The notes below the pieces were generated by a model. It was not told the origin of the DNA. It saw only the letters and a program-made list of their open reading frames with translations, and did no database searches. This document shows positions 9,777-20,694 of a DNA stretch of 64,000 bases, piece after piece. The stretch is from Leptonemataceae bacterium. Its GTDB lineage: Bacteria; Spirochaetota; Leptospiria; Leptospirales; Leptonemataceae. The first letter of the stretch is position 1. Every line of letters starts with the position of its first letter. Position numbers and translations under genes: made by a program. The stretch lies in contig OZ245742.1 in assembly GCA_965227295.1 (NCBI GenBank), forward strand, positions 64,001 to 128,000, in the 5' to 3' direction.

Positions 9777-10739
9777 ATGATTCGCTCGCTCATCCCCGGT
9801 TTCCTTATCCTGTCAACTTTTGCCTGCACCTCGTATGAATTGAGGAGCCCGGATCAACGCAATCCCGTGGTCCTCGCGGTCAACGCCGATCCTGCAAAAT
9901 GTGAAGTCGTGCACACGGACGGCATGTACGCCCTGCTCTTCGGCGCGGTTCCGCTCACGAGCCTGGAGAAGTATCAGAGCTTTCCGCCGGCTGCGGACGG
10001 TTCGAGCCGAACCTACGTCGTCAGCAAAAAGGCGACGTGGGTGGACTTCCTGGTCAACATCTTCGGCGGCTGGGCCGTGACGCTGACCCGGAGCACCATC
10101 GAAGTCCAGGCCTGTAAGGAGCAGGTGGCGATTCAGAGTCAGGAAGCCCGGGAAGAAGAGCTGCGTAAGACGCTGGCGAAGTATGCCAATCGTTCGGGCG
10201 ATCCCATGGTGCTGACGACCAGCGGAGAAGCATTCCAGGGACGCATCGTGGAGTACGACGAGAGCGGCATCACCATCGAAACCGTGCAAGTCCGCAAGCT
10301 GGATCCGCCGAAGAAGATGGACGTCGTCTACATGAAAAGCGGCGAGACCATCCGCGGTCGCGTGACCAATCAGTCCACGGACGCCATCACGGTTCGCACG
10401 GAATCCGGTTCCACGAGACGCCTGCGTAAGTCTTCCATGGCGCGCCTTTCCCTCGACGTGCTCGTGGACGAAGAAGAAATCCCTACGAAGAAGACCATCG
10501 CCCGGAGCGATATTCGCAAGGTTATTCTGCTCAAGGACGCACCGCGCCCGACTCCGGAAGAATCGCAATCGAACGAAGAAAGCAAGCAGCCCGAATCGGA
10601 GAAGAGCGAAGAATCTTCCGGTGGCGAATCCTCGGAAAAAGCGCCCGTGAAAAAAGAATCCGAAGACACGAAAGCTCCGGAAGAAAGCAAAGACGCGGCG
10701 AAAGACTCCGAAGCCGAGAAGAAACCGGCGGACAACTAA
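9777..10739 (+). CDS. Lipoprotein with Bor/TRL-like N-terminus, LSm-like segments and an acidic low-complexity tail
   Basis: LSTFAC lipobox; YALLFGAVP...TLTRSTIEVQAC; two 'x(T/K)SGExxxGR(I/V)' segments; E/K/S-rich tail. Confidence 0.65.
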   Translation: MIRSLIPGFLILSTFACTSYELRSPDQRNPVVLAVNADPAKCEVVHTDGMYALLFGAVPLTSLEKYQSFPPAADGSSRTYVVSKKATWVDFLVNIFGGWAVTLTRSTIEVQACKEQVAIQSQEAREEELRKTLAKYANRSGDPMVLTTSGEAFQGRIVEYDESGITIETVQVRKLDPPKKMDVVYMKSGETIRGRVTNQSTDAITVRTESGSTRRLRKSSMARLSLDVLVDEEEIPTKKTIARSDIRKVILLKDAPRPTPEESQSNEESKQPESEKSEESSGGESSEKAPVKKESEDTKAPEESKDAAKDSEAEKKPADN

Positions 10740-10773
10740 AGACTCATTCAAAATTCAACCGGGCGACGATCTT

Positions 10774-13545
10774 TCAATATCCCTTCGCCTTAAGCAGCCC
10801 GTCCACCTGCAACGCGGCCCGGTTGTCCGGCTCAATGCGCAGGGCTTCCTGCACCAGTTCCCGCGCCCGGCCGGGGTCTCCTAGAATGCGATAGCTGTCG
10901 GAAAGATTGATGAGATTCGCCAGACGATGCGGCTGTAGTTCGCGGACCTTTTCACCGGCGTCCCGCGCCTGTTCAAAACGCCGTTCCTGTTTGTAACATA
11001 CGGACAGCAGAAACCAGAGGTTCACCACGGATGAGTCCAGCTCCAGGCAGGACTCGAGCCAGTACGCCGCATCCGCGTACTCCGCGCGATCGTAGTAGGC
11101 CTGGCCGAGCAATCGCAACGGTTCCACCGCACGGGGATCGGCGTCCGCGGCGGCTTTGAGTTTCGCGATGGCCGCGTCCACGTTTCCGGAGTCCAGTTCC
11201 AGGCGACCGGCGAGCAGCAGCTCCGCGGCGGAGCCGTTGCCCGCCGCGGGTGAGGCTTCCGATCGGCGAACTTCCTGAAATCCGATGCGCATCAACGACA
11301 GGTCGTCCGTGGCCGCACCGAAGCCGTGAATCTTACCGACGATGCCGTCCAGCGAGGCCCGCGATTCTTCGACGAAGATCAAAAACAAGCGCTCGTCCTC
11401 GTTGATGGTGCGTACGGATTCGCCCGGGGTTATGTCGATGTCCTCGCGACCGTCCGAGCCTAAAAAGAGCACGTCACCCGGTTCCAGTTGGTGTTCCTGA
11501 ATGCGAAACTCGAACTCACTGGGCGATCCGAGTTTCCGCAACAACAGCTCGTGCTCGATGAACTCCGCCTTGCCGTCGCGATAGCGAACGGTCCAGGGGT
11601 GCTCCGCGTTGACGTACAACAGGCGGCCGTCGGTTTCGTGCAGGAGGCCCATGGCCACGGACGCCATCATCATGCCGTCGAAAGTTAAGAAGACGCTGTG
11701 CAGTTCCCGCCAGGTTTCGCGCAGCCATTCGTGGGGGGACATGTCCAGGACGTTATCCTCTCCCGCGGAGCGCGCCATGATGTTGTTTACGGATGTGCCG
11801 AGGACGATGGCGCCGCCGGCCCCCTGCATGGACTTGCCCATGGCGTCGCCGTTTACGAAGAAAACCCAACGGTCCTGCTCGCCCTGAAAGCGCAGGTTCC
11901 CGGTGATGCAGATATCCCCGCCCAACTCGGAGTCACGCTCACGAAAGGCGAATTTCTTTTTTTGTTCAATGTAGAACTCCGTGGTGACGTTGTAGGATTT
12001 GTTCCAGTTCGTGGCCAGGGGTTTCGCGATCAACGCGGTCAGAAAGTAATCGCCGTCCTGCTGCACCTTGAGGGCCTGCACCTCTTCCATCTTTTCGTTG
12101 AGGTCCTTCGTGCGTTCCTTGACCTTTTCTTCGAGGGTGTCGGCGTACTCCTGCAATTTGACGCGCGAATCGAGAATACTCTTAACCATGCGGTTGAACG
12201 ATTCGGACAGATACCCGATCTCGTCCTGGACCATGACGGGAATCTTGACCATGAGATTGCCCTCGTTCACGGAACCGACGCCTTCCAGTAGATTATTCAA
12301 CGGACGCACCAGGCTCCGCGAAAAAAAGATGGGATACAGTACGAGAACGACGAACACCAGAACGCCGGTGAAGATTGCAATGTTTCGTCCGGTCTCGTTC
12401 ACAAAGCCGCGGTATTGAAGATAGGGATAGCCGATCTCGTAGATGCGGTCCTTCTCCAGGTCGCGGACATAGTAACTGAAGTAGATGGCCTCCTGACCGT
12501 CGGCGCCCTGAAAGCGACGCTGCTGCCGACCGTCCGGTCCCGCGGCCAGGGCTTCGGATATTTGCGCCTGCAGGCCGCTCAACACCGTACTGTCCACGGC
12601 CAACGCGTCGGTGTTATGAAGGATGAGCGCATCGTAGGTGGAATCCAGATTGCGGCCGGGGTACGAGAACACGTAGCGCGCGCCCACCGGCAACTCGTAG
12701 TTCACGAGAAACTCGCGCGAATTCTTTGAGTGGATCTGGTCGTAGTACTTTTCTTTCTGGAGATTCACCACGGTGGACAGGCCCTGAATGACGAGCAGCA
12801 TGGTGACGACGGAGATGCCGACGATCTTCGTCATGAACGAAGTGCGGTCCACGGTGTTGTTGATGAATACAATCGTAAACGTGAAGTAGCCGAGCAGCGT
12901 GAACAACACGAAGAATTGCTGAAAGGTTCCGTGCGTTACCAGCTCGCGCTGATGCAGGAGATTCACGATGCCCGGCCCCAGCGTCGCAAGCAACAACGCC
13001 ACGGCCATCTGGATCACGGCAGTGCGTTCTTCACCGCGCAGATAAACGGCACGGATGATTGCAAGCACCAGGAAGATGCCCACCTGAAAGAGAATGCCCC
13101 GGGCCACGGGACGACCGAGGTCGCTGGAGTAGTTGTAGAGATTGCCTTCGAAGACAAAGCGCGGCTCCTGCACGAGAGCTTCGTAGATGAACCAGACCGT
13201 GAGCCCGGTCGCGATCACGAGTCCCAGGGCCGTGAGCGCGTAGTAGAGATACTTGCGCGCCCAGGTCGCAGCAAAACGACGCGGAAAAGCGAAGGCGAAC
13301 TGAAATAAAAAGAACGAACCGAACAGCGCGCCGGGCACCGTGAGAAAACGATGATAGGCGCCGAAGGGATACGGTAGCGCCGCGCCCAGGAAAAACCCCA
13401 GATCCATGAAGAACGCGGCGACGAACATCCACGCCAGGCTGCGCGTGTACCACGCGCGACTGTTCAGCGAAAACAGGAAGATCGCCAGGATGGCGGTGAA
13501 GATTGTGCAGATGCCCGCGGCGATGGCCCACGCGTTGAAGAACAT
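10774..13545 (-). CDS. Membrane PP2C/SpoIIE-family protein phosphatase with HAMP and C-terminal TPR
   Basis: Multi-TM N-terminus; HAMP (RPLNNLLEGV...DEIGYLSESFNRM); GGD, GDAMGKS, NAEHP, LGSDG, TDDLS; TPR helices. Confidence 0.9.
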   Translation of the reverse strand: MFFNAWAIAAGICTIFTAILAIFLFSLNSRAWYTRSLAWMFVAAFFMDLGFFLGAALPYPFGAYHRFLTVPGALFGSFFLFQFAFAFPRRFAATWARKYLYYALTALGLVIATGLTVWFIYEALVQEPRFVFEGNLYNYSSDLGRPVARGILFQVGIFLVLAIIRAVYLRGEERTAVIQMAVALLLATLGPGIVNLLHQRELVTHGTFQQFFVLFTLLGYFTFTIVFINNTVDRTSFMTKIVGISVVTMLLVIQGLSTVVNLQKEKYYDQIHSKNSREFLVNYELPVGARYVFSYPGRNLDSTYDALILHNTDALAVDSTVLSGLQAQISEALAAGPDGRQQRRFQGADGQEAIYFSYYVRDLEKDRIYEIGYPYLQYRGFVNETGRNIAIFTGVLVFVVLVLYPIFFSRSLVRPLNNLLEGVGSVNEGNLMVKIPVMVQDEIGYLSESFNRMVKSILDSRVKLQEYADTLEEKVKERTKDLNEKMEEVQALKVQQDGDYFLTALIAKPLATNWNKSYNVTTEFYIEQKKKFAFRERDSELGGDICITGNLRFQGEQDRWVFFVNGDAMGKSMQGAGGAIVLGTSVNNIMARSAGEDNVLDMSPHEWLRETWRELHSVFLTFDGMMMASVAMGLLHETDGRLLYVNAEHPWTVRYRDGKAEFIEHELLLRKLGSPSEFEFRIQEHQLEPGDVLFLGSDGREDIDITPGESVRTINEDERLFLIFVEESRASLDGIVGKIHGFGAATDDLSLMRIGFQEVRRSEASPAAGNGSAAELLLAGRLELDSGNVDAAIAKLKAAADADPRAVEPLRLLGQAYYDRAEYADAAYWLESCLELDSSVVNLWFLLSVCYKQERRFEQARDAGEKVRELQPHRLANLINLSDSYRILGDPGRARELVQEALRIEPDNRAALQVDGLLKAKGY

Positions 13546-13570
13546 GGCCGACCCTGCATCGTACCGTACT

Positions 13571-14869
13571 TTAAGGCAACAACTTCTGGGCGCTCACGAG
13601 TTTTACGCACACGGCAACGACCTCCATGGCCGCCGTGATCTCCTCGACGGACGGCAGCGACGGAGCAATGCGAATGTTCCGATCTTCGGGATCCTTGCCG
13701 TACGGAAAGGTCGCCCCGGCCTTCGTGAGCTTGACGCCCGCCTCTCCGGCCAGGCGCACGACTTCGCTCGCACATCCAGGCATGGTATCGAGACTGATGA
13801 AATAACCACCCTCCGGTCGGGTCCACTCGGCGATATCGGCACCGGAGAGCTGCGTTTCGAAAATGTTCAACACTGTATCGAACTTCGGCTTCAGGATCAG
13901 AGCGTGTTTGTCCATGTGCGCCCGAAGCCCGTTCATATCGCCGAAGAAACGGATATGGCGCAGTTGATTGACTTTGTCCGGACCGATGGTCTGAATCGCG
14001 AGATGTTGTTTCGCGTCGGCGATGTTCGCTTCACTCGCGGCGAGGAAGGCGAGTCCGGCGCCGGCAAACGAAATCTTCGAAGTGGAGCCGATCATCCATA
14101 CGCGCTCGCCGTTGCCGGCATCCTTGCATGCATCGAGTAAGTTCTTGAGCGGTGCCGGCCCGTCGCCGAGATGGTGTTCCGCGTACGCGTTGTCCCAGAC
14201 GATGCGAAAGTCCGGCGCGGCGGTCTTCATGGATGCGAAGCGATCGACCGCCGCGTCCGAGTACACAATGCCCGTGGGATTGCTGTACTTCGGCACGCAC
14301 CAGATGCCCTTGATGTCCGCGTCCGCGCCGGCCAGGCGCTCCACCTCGTTCATGTCGGGGCCGTCGTCGTTTAACGGGACGGGAATCATTTCAATGCCGA
14401 AGTGCGCGCAGACCGCGAAGTGCCGGTCGTAACCGGGCACGGGACAGAGGAACTTCGGCTTGCCCTGAATCCACGGCTTCGACGTGCTCAAGTTTCCGTT
14501 CGCGTCACGCACCGGCACTCCGTGAGTGAGCGCACGCACCACGCAATCGTGCATGATCGTAAGACTCGCGTTCCCGCCGATGATGATCTCATCCGGCGAC
14601 ACGCCCATGTACTCCGCGAACAACGCCTTCGCCTCGGGGATGCCGTCCACCCCACCGTAGTTCCGCGCGTCCGTGCCGTTCGCGGTTTTATAATCGTCCG
14701 GTCCGGGCAACGTGAGCATGTCGTTGGCCAGATCGAGCTGTTCCGGCGACGGTTTGCCCCGGGTCATGTCCAGAGCGAGGCCCCGGGCCTTCATGGCGTC
14801 GTAACGCTGCTGCAATTCCGCCTGCAGTTGCTCCAGGTCGTTTTTTGTTAATGTCTTCCAGTCGTTCAT
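13571..14869 (-). CDS. PLP-dependent aminotransferase class I/II (aspartate aminotransferase-like)
   Basis: LDMTRGKPS, VPGYDRHF, VPKYSNPTG, WDNAY, STSKISF (PLP Lys), IRIAPS. Confidence 0.9.
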   Translation of the reverse strand: MNDWKTLTKNDLEQLQAELQQRYDAMKARGLALDMTRGKPSPEQLDLANDMLTLPGPDDYKTANGTDARNYGGVDGIPEAKALFAEYMGVSPDEIIIGGNASLTIMHDCVVRALTHGVPVRDANGNLSTSKPWIQGKPKFLCPVPGYDRHFAVCAHFGIEMIPVPLNDDGPDMNEVERLAGADADIKGIWCVPKYSNPTGIVYSDAAVDRFASMKTAAPDFRIVWDNAYAEHHLGDGPAPLKNLLDACKDAGNGERVWMIGSTSKISFAGAGLAFLAASEANIADAKQHLAIQTIGPDKVNQLRHIRFFGDMNGLRAHMDKHALILKPKFDTVLNIFETQLSGADIAEWTRPEGGYFISLDTMPGCASEVVRLAGEAGVKLTKAGATFPYGKDPEDRNIRIAPSLPSVEEITAAMEVVAVCVKLVSAQKLLP

Positions 14870-14879
14870 TAAGGGTTCC

Positions 14880-16517
14880 TCAGGTTCGTGCACGACCCGA
14901 ATCAACTTGTGAATCTTGAATGTCTTGCTCTTCTCTCCCGCGAATCATTGCGGCGGCGCAAACAGCGCTCAAGAACGCCAGCACGGCCGAGATGTACATC
15001 GCCACCCGGTAACTTTCCAGGAACGCGGCGTGAATGGCACCACGTATCGCAGTGCGCCTGGATTCGTCGAGCGCGAAGTCGTCCGGAATTTCCGTGGCGG
15101 CCATGCGATCCTGTTCGTTCATCAGGTGTTCGTACACGTCCCGGGGGACGGACACGCCGTCCGCGGCCTCCAGCGCCCCCAGAGATTCCCGCAATTCCCC
15201 GGGATAGATCAAGAGCGCCACGGCGCCGAGAACGGCCACGGCCTTCAGCCCGGCAATCCTCGATACGGCATTGTTGATACCGGAGGCCGCCCCCGCATCG
15301 TCGTCGCTGACGGCGTTCATTACCGTGGTCGTCAGCGGAGCCACACTGACGGCCATGCCGACGCTCATGATCACCATGGCCGGGAACAACGTCGTCCAGT
15401 AATCCCCGGGACCGTCTCCGTCCGGCCCGATCAGCCCAAAGAGCAAACAGCCCACGGCGGCGATGAACGGCCCCACCACCAACGGTAACTTTGATCCGTA
15501 CGAACTTACCAGCGAGCCGGACCAGCGCGACAACAACACCATGATCACGGGGAACGGCGTAAAGGACAGACCGGCCTGGAAAGACGTATAACCCTGGACC
15601 TGAATCATCAGAAAGGGCAAAAAGAAAAACACGCCGCTCATGGAAAAGTACAGAAAGAGCGTCAGCAGATTCGCACCGCGAAAGTTGGTCGATCGAAACA
15701 GGTGCAGCGGCATCATCGGTGAGGCGATGCGGGACTCCACGAACAGAAACAACGCCAGCACCAGGGCCCCGCCGCCCAGCAGGAACCAGACGTCCCACCC
15801 GGCCTGGCGCGTTTCGGAGTAGAGGGTCAAACCCAGCACGAACGACCCCAGGCCCGCCACCGCCAGCAAGGCGCCGGGGAGATCGATGCGTCGCGCGCTT
15901 TTGCTGCGTGACTCCGGCATGCGCCACAACGTGATCACCAGCGTAACCATCGCCAGAGGAATATTAATAAAAAAGATCCAGCGCCACGAAACCGCCTCAA
16001 TGAGCCAGCCGCCCAGGGGCGGGCCCAGGGCCGTCGTAATGGCCGAGGCCCCGGCCCAGAGCCCGATGGCCTTGCCCCGTTCCCCCGGCGGATAGAACGT
16101 TGTAATGATGGAAAGACTGCCCGGCACGAGCAGTGCGCCGCCGACACCCTGCAGCGCGCGCGCGAAGATCAACGTCTCCACGTCCGGCGCGTATCCGCAC
16201 AACACGGACGCCGCCGCAAAGGCGACAACCCCCGTCGAAAAGATGAGGCGCCGTCCGAAGAGATCCCCGGCGGACCCGCCCGGTAGAATCAACGCCGCGA
16301 GGAAAAGCGTATAAGCGTTCACGACCCAGGTCATGGCGGTGACGCTCGCGGTAAAATGCTTCTGCATCGCCGGCAGAGCGACGTTCACCACCGTGCCGTC
16401 GATGAAGGCCATGCTCGACCCCAGGATCGTGGCCGCAAGAATCCAGGGACGGGCAGATTGCGGGCACGGCGCTTCCGGCGCTGTGGGAACGTCCGACACA
16501 GATTGATGGTCCATCAT
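14880..16517 (-). CDS. MFS efflux transporter (DHA2/EmrB-QacA type, 14 TM)
   Basis: MAFIDGTVVNVALP, GDLFGRR, RALQGVGGA, GPPLGG, WRWIFFINIP. Confidence 0.9.
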   Translation of the reverse strand: MMDHQSVSDVPTAPEAPCPQSARPWILAATILGSSMAFIDGTVVNVALPAMQKHFTASVTAMTWVVNAYTLFLAALILPGGSAGDLFGRRLIFSTGVVAFAAASVLCGYAPDVETLIFARALQGVGGALLVPGSLSIITTFYPPGERGKAIGLWAGASAITTALGPPLGGWLIEAVSWRWIFFINIPLAMVTLVITLWRMPESRSKSARRIDLPGALLAVAGLGSFVLGLTLYSETRQAGWDVWFLLGGGALVLALFLFVESRIASPMMPLHLFRSTNFRGANLLTLFLYFSMSGVFFFLPFLMIQVQGYTSFQAGLSFTPFPVIMVLLSRWSGSLVSSYGSKLPLVVGPFIAAVGCLLFGLIGPDGDGPGDYWTTLFPAMVIMSVGMAVSVAPLTTTVMNAVSDDDAGAASGINNAVSRIAGLKAVAVLGAVALLIYPGELRESLGALEAADGVSVPRDVYEHLMNEQDRMAATEIPDDFALDESRRTAIRGAIHAAFLESYRVAMYISAVLAFLSAVCAAAMIRGREEQDIQDSQVDSGRART

Positions 16518-16619
16518 GTCATTTTGATGCTGCAAGATGAGTGATATTTCGCATAGGAAAAAAGAAACTTTGTGGGTGCAAAGCGCGGCGGACCGTGTTA
16601 ACTTGCCCTGAGACACGCG

Positions 16620-17327
16620 ATGAAAGTTTCTCATGGCACATCTTCCCGTGCAAACGACGGACAGTTGATTCTGCGCCGCGAGACAACGGCATTCGTTCTG
16701 GAACTTTCGTACCGCAACGGCGGGACCGGCGTGTATATCCTGCGACTCTCCGGCGAGTTCGATCTCTACGGCCAGCGCATGTTTTCCGAAATCATCGAAG
16801 ACGGCATCTCCGACGCCGTGCACGCCCTCATCGTGGTGGACCTGAGCGGCCTCCTGCACCTGGACAGCACGGCCCTGGGCGCGCTGGGCGGACTGCGTTC
16901 CCGGATTTTCGAGTTCGCCCTGGCCAGTGTCCCCGTGCCGGTCCGCAAGGTCTTCGAGCTCACCTCATTTCGCGGCGTACCGTTTCCGCACTTCGACAAC
17001 ACGGACGCGGCCGTGGAATATCTGCGCGAGTTCGCCGGGGATATTGAAGACGAGAACGCGTCCGTGGATACCCTGCAAACGGCGGCCACGAAATTCCGGC
17101 TGCGGCGTAACTTCATTGTCGCCCACGAACTCTACGATCGCCTGCTTGAGCTCAGCGACAGCGTCACCGCCGACCAACACGCAAAGTTCTGTTATTACGC
17201 GGCGTACTGCCTGTACCACCTGCGCGGGTTCCAGCGCGCCGCCGTGCTGGCAAATCGCGCCGTCGTCCTCGATCCGCGCTTAAAGTCTGCTCAGTCACTG
17301 TTAGCAGACATCCGCCGCGCATCATGA
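16620..17327 (+). CDS. STAS-domain protein with C-terminal TPR-like helices
   Basis: ILRLSGEFD, VVDLSGLLHLDSTALG (STAS phospho-Ser motif), VRKVFELT. Confidence 0.75.
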   Translation: MKVSHGTSSRANDGQLILRRETTAFVLELSYRNGGTGVYILRLSGEFDLYGQRMFSEIIEDGISDAVHALIVVDLSGLLHLDSTALGALGGLRSRIFEFALASVPVPVRKVFELTSFRGVPFPHFDNTDAAVEYLREFAGDIEDENASVDTLQTAATKFRLRRNFIVAHELYDRLLELSDSVTADQHAKFCYYAAYCLYHLRGFQRAAVLANRAVVLDPRLKSAQSLLADIRRAS

Positions 17328-17409
17328 GCGGCGCGCCCGGAGATCTCAGGTGCGCCGCTATCTCGACAAAAGCGAATAGACCTGCGCGCCCGGCGGGGCA
17401 CCGTGGCTC

Positions 17410-17727
17410 ATGCCTCACGCCATCGACACCGAAGCCGTACCCGCCGCGGAAGTCGCGGCGCTAAGAGAAGAACTGCGTAAGTTTATGGAAATCCACACGG
17501 GCACGCGCCTGGTCGAGAGCAACGCCGGTGCCCTGAAGATGCTCGTTCTGCACGCGAAAAACACGCTGAACAAGAAACCCAAAGACAAACTCATCAACTG
17601 GAAGCTTTCGGAAGTCCGCAAACGTCTGCTGGAAGATGAAAACGCGAAGATGAAACGCCGGGACTTCGTGATCTGCGAGTTCCTGGTGGAAGAACTGAAG
17701 AAGTACGTGGCCAGTCAACTGCGGTGA
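17410..17727 (+). CDS. Hypothetical protein
   Basis: 105-aa ORF with host-like GC3-rich codons. Confidence 0.65.
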   Translation: MPHAIDTEAVPAAEVAALREELRKFMEIHTGTRLVESNAGALKMLVLHAKNTLNKKPKDKLINWKLSEVRKRLLEDENAKMKRRDFVICEFLVEELKKYVASQLR

Positions 17728-17844
17728 GAGATCCGCTTCGCCCGAATGACTTCTTCCGCGGACCACAAAGAAAGTTTCCACTCGTTGAAAATCGCTTGAA
17801 TTCCCTCAATCACCGAGCCCAATTGGATTACCGGGAGGCGGAGC

Positions 17845-18033
17845 ATGGCGAAGAAGTCCGATATTGTAAGCACCGTTCACAATGGCAAGTTCGTAGCATC
17901 AAAGCAGTTGCCAACTTCATCGTCCAAACAGGCTGCGGCATCCAACCCGTTTCTGCCGCAAAACCGCACCGGACAAACTCAACCGCCGTCCGTGTCCAGG
18001 TCCGGCGACGGTTCAAATGCAAAGAACAAATAG
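17845..18033 (+). CDS. Small hypothetical protein
   Basis: RBS ggaggcggag before ATG; lies directly upstream of the next gene. Confidence 0.4.
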   Translation: MAKKSDIVSTVHNGKFVASKQLPTSSSKQAAASNPFLPQNRTGQTQPPSVSRSGDGSNAKNK

Positions 18034-18042
18034 TGCGGATCC

Positions 18043-18735
18043 ATGGTTCTCGGGCCGGCGTTAACAAGTCTTCTCATCCTGCTGGTCTTTATAGCGCCGG
18101 GCTTCGTTGCAACCGGACGCCTGAGACAAAAGCTCTCCCTCAAAAAGGACACCACCTTTGAGCTTACTGCCCAATCCATCGTATTCAGTGTTTTCTGTCA
18201 CCTCCTGCTTTTTTGTCTATTGTGGGCGACGAGTTTGATTCCTTACCTGGAGCCGTTTTATCAATGGGCAACGACACAAAGGTTTCCCGGCTCGGATAGC
18301 TCCGTAACCTTTGCAGATGTATTTCGGGGCTCGTTCATAGTCATTGCATACACTGCCATATCAATCGTAATAGGTCTATTGTTAGGAGCGGCCTATCTAA
18401 AGCTGACATTGCGCCGTACAGACTTACCCGAATTGATGCCGGTATGGGTGAACGTTTTTAACCGTGACGATGCGCTACTCCGATGCAAAGTCCGAACGAA
18501 GTTCGGGGTAATTTATGTCGGAGAAGTCGCTACGGTAACGATGGACCGCGAATCTATCGACAACGGGCAGAGAGATATCACGATCGATAATGCCTAAATC
18601 CTCAAGAGAGATTTCTGGGGGAAGGAAGTAGCGGAACCGATCCACATATCCGATCCAACGAACGGCCTGGTCCTCTTGAATGCTCGCGACATAGATAGCA
18701 TCGAACTAATACACGAAGCACTGCCTGCCCAATAA
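18043..18735 (+). pseudogene. DUF6338-like membrane protein with an in-frame TAA at 18595-18597
   Basis: FIAPGF, 3 TM segments, PVWVNVF, KVRTKFGVIYVG. The same frame continues after the stop as ILKRDFWGKEV...GLVLLNARDIDSIELIHEALPAQ*, which resembles the expected C-terminus. Confidence 0.6.
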
Positions 18736-18753
18736 CTTCGGCGACAGCCTGTC

Positions 18754-19605
18754 TCAATCCACCGCATCCCGCAGACTGTACGTGTGACTCCGCAAATGCG
18801 CCATGAGTTCTCGGCGCGTCGCGAAGTTCTCGAGAGACGTGTGCTCAATCGCGTCGCCGATGCGAATGCTGATGTCCTTGCCGATCTTGTTGCGCACCTC
18901 GTGCAGCAGTAACGAGAGGCGCAGGGACTGGGAAATGTGGCTCGCGATCTGGAAGAGCCGCGAGTTCTGGCCCTGAAAGAACATGGGCACGACGCGACCG
19001 CGGGACTTGAGAATGAGCTTCGACGTAAACGGGTTCCAGTCCGGATCCTCCGCAGCGCCGAAGGGCGTCTTCGCCGTGGACACCGCACCGCCGGGGAAGA
19101 TGATGACGGCCTCTCCGCGTTCCAGGCACTGCAGCGCGCGCTTGCGGGTATTGAGGTTCACCTGAATGGCCTCCGGCGTGCCGTCGAACTCCACCGGCAG
19201 AAAGTACTGCTCCACCCCGGGGACGGCGCACAGTACGTTGTTCGTAAGGATCTTAAACTCCGGGCGCACCAGAGAGACCAGGTAACAGATGATGATGCCG
19301 TCCAGGACGCCGAAGGGGTGGTTCCCCACGACGACGAGCGGGCCGTCGGTGGGGATGGCCCGGAGCCGTTCCTCGTTGTACTTAAGGTTCAGCCGCAAGA
19401 CCTTAATGATTTGCTCCCATACGTTGAGATCGCTCGCCGGGTCCAGGCTCGCGTAGAGTTTGTCGATCTTCTTGCGTCCGGAGACGATCTCGATGAGCTC
19501 CATGAGGTTCTTTTTGAGCTTCGGCGTGTTCGGCGACGCGTAGCTCAGCCGCTCACGGTTGTTGTACTTCGCTTCGTCGATCGTTTCGTTGACTGCTTCG
19601 TTCAT
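18754..19605 (-). CDS. Lysophospholipid acyltransferase family protein
   Basis: VVGNHPFGVLDG (HxxxxD), IIFPGG. Confidence 0.85.
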   Translation of the reverse strand: MNEAVNETIDEAKYNNRERLSYASPNTPKLKKNLMELIEIVSGRKKIDKLYASLDPASDLNVWEQIIKVLRLNLKYNEERLRAIPTDGPLVVVGNHPFGVLDGIIICYLVSLVRPEFKILTNNVLCAVPGVEQYFLPVEFDGTPEAIQVNLNTRKRALQCLERGEAVIIFPGGAVSTAKTPFGAAEDPDWNPFTSKLILKSRGRVVPMFFQGQNSRLFQIASHISQSLRLSLLLHEVRNKIGKDISIRIGDAIEHTSLENFATRRELMAHLRSHTYSLRDAVD

Positions 19606-19776
19606 GGAACACTCCGGCCTGAGGCCACTCCGGGGTTGTACCCCGGACCGCCGTTCTGTCAAGCTCATCCGACTTTTACGTGAATGTTTTGGTTCACGGC
19701 TATGCAACGCGCGACGGGACGTCGCGGGCTGACAACGTGTCGAACAATCGACTATATTTAGGAAGATTCGCGCCCT

Positions 19777-20694
19777 TTACCAGGACCCGGAACTGCCGCC
19801 GCCGCCGAAGCTGCCGCCACCGCCGGAGAACCCGCCGCTGGAAAAGCCGCCCCCGGACGACCAGCCCGAGGAACTGCTGGAAAAACCACCGCCGCTACTA
19901 CTGGAAACCTTGATGTTCTTTTCGGCCCAGGCCCCGACCGGTGTCCGCGGCAGAATCAACTTGAGCACCGGAAACAGCAGCAGGTATCCGAGAAAAACGA
20001 ACGCGCCCGTGGGCCAGCCGAACACGACGAACGACCCGGCACCCCAGAAGGGAATCAGAAACAGGTAAAAGAACCAGGCGACGCCCTGGCGAATGATCAA
20101 CGCCGTAATCGTAAAGAGGCCGACGACGCTGAACCAGATGGAACCGAACATGAGGCGAAACATCAGCGGCGGGGCTGTGAATCCTTCGCTCGTCGTCTCC
20201 GTCTCCGACGGCGTATACGTGCCCTCGATGGTGCCCAGAATCGCTTCGACTCCCGCCGTAATGCCGCCGTCAAAGTCGCCGTCCTTAAAGTGCGGCACGA
20301 TCTCCCCGCGAATGATGCGGCTGGCCTGCACGTCGGTGAGATCCCCTTCCAGGCCGTAACCTACTTCGATGCGAAGTTTGCGTTCGTCCCTGGCGATCAA
20401 CAACAGCACGCCGTTGTCTTTGTCCTTCTGGCCGAGCTTCCAGGTTTCGGCCGTGCGCAGGGAAAATTGTTCGAGCACTTCGCCTTCGAGGGAGGGAATC
20501 GTGAGTACGACGACCTGATTCGAAGTGGCCTTTTCGTGGGCGGCCAGCTTTTCGCTGAGCGCGTCTTCGGTGGACGCGGAGAGGATCTGCGCTTCGTCCA
20601 CCACGTGCCCGCTGAGATACGGGACCTCCAGGGCGAACACTGCCGCGGGCAGCACCAGCAGCAGGCAGGCGATGAATGATCTGGTCATGGCCAA
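19777..20694 (-). CDS. TPM-domain (YgcG/DUF477) membrane protein with Gly/Ser-rich tail
   Basis: VVDEAQILS, WKLGQKDKDNGVLLLIA...RIEVGYGLEG, GGGGSFGGGGSSGSW. Confidence 0.9.
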   Translation of the reverse strand: MAMTRSFIACLLLVLPAAVFALEVPYLSGHVVDEAQILSASTEDALSEKLAAHEKATSNQVVVLTIPSLEGEVLEQFSLRTAETWKLGQKDKDNGVLLLIARDERKLRIEVGYGLEGDLTDVQASRIIRGEIVPHFKDGDFDGGITAGVEAILGTIEGTYTPSETETTSEGFTAPPLMFRLMFGSIWFSVVGLFTITALIIRQGVAWFFYLFLIPFWGAGSFVVFGWPTGAFVFLGYLLLFPVLKLILPRTPVGAWAEKNIKVSSSSGGGFSSSSSGWSSGGGFSSGGFSGGGGSFGGGGSSGSW

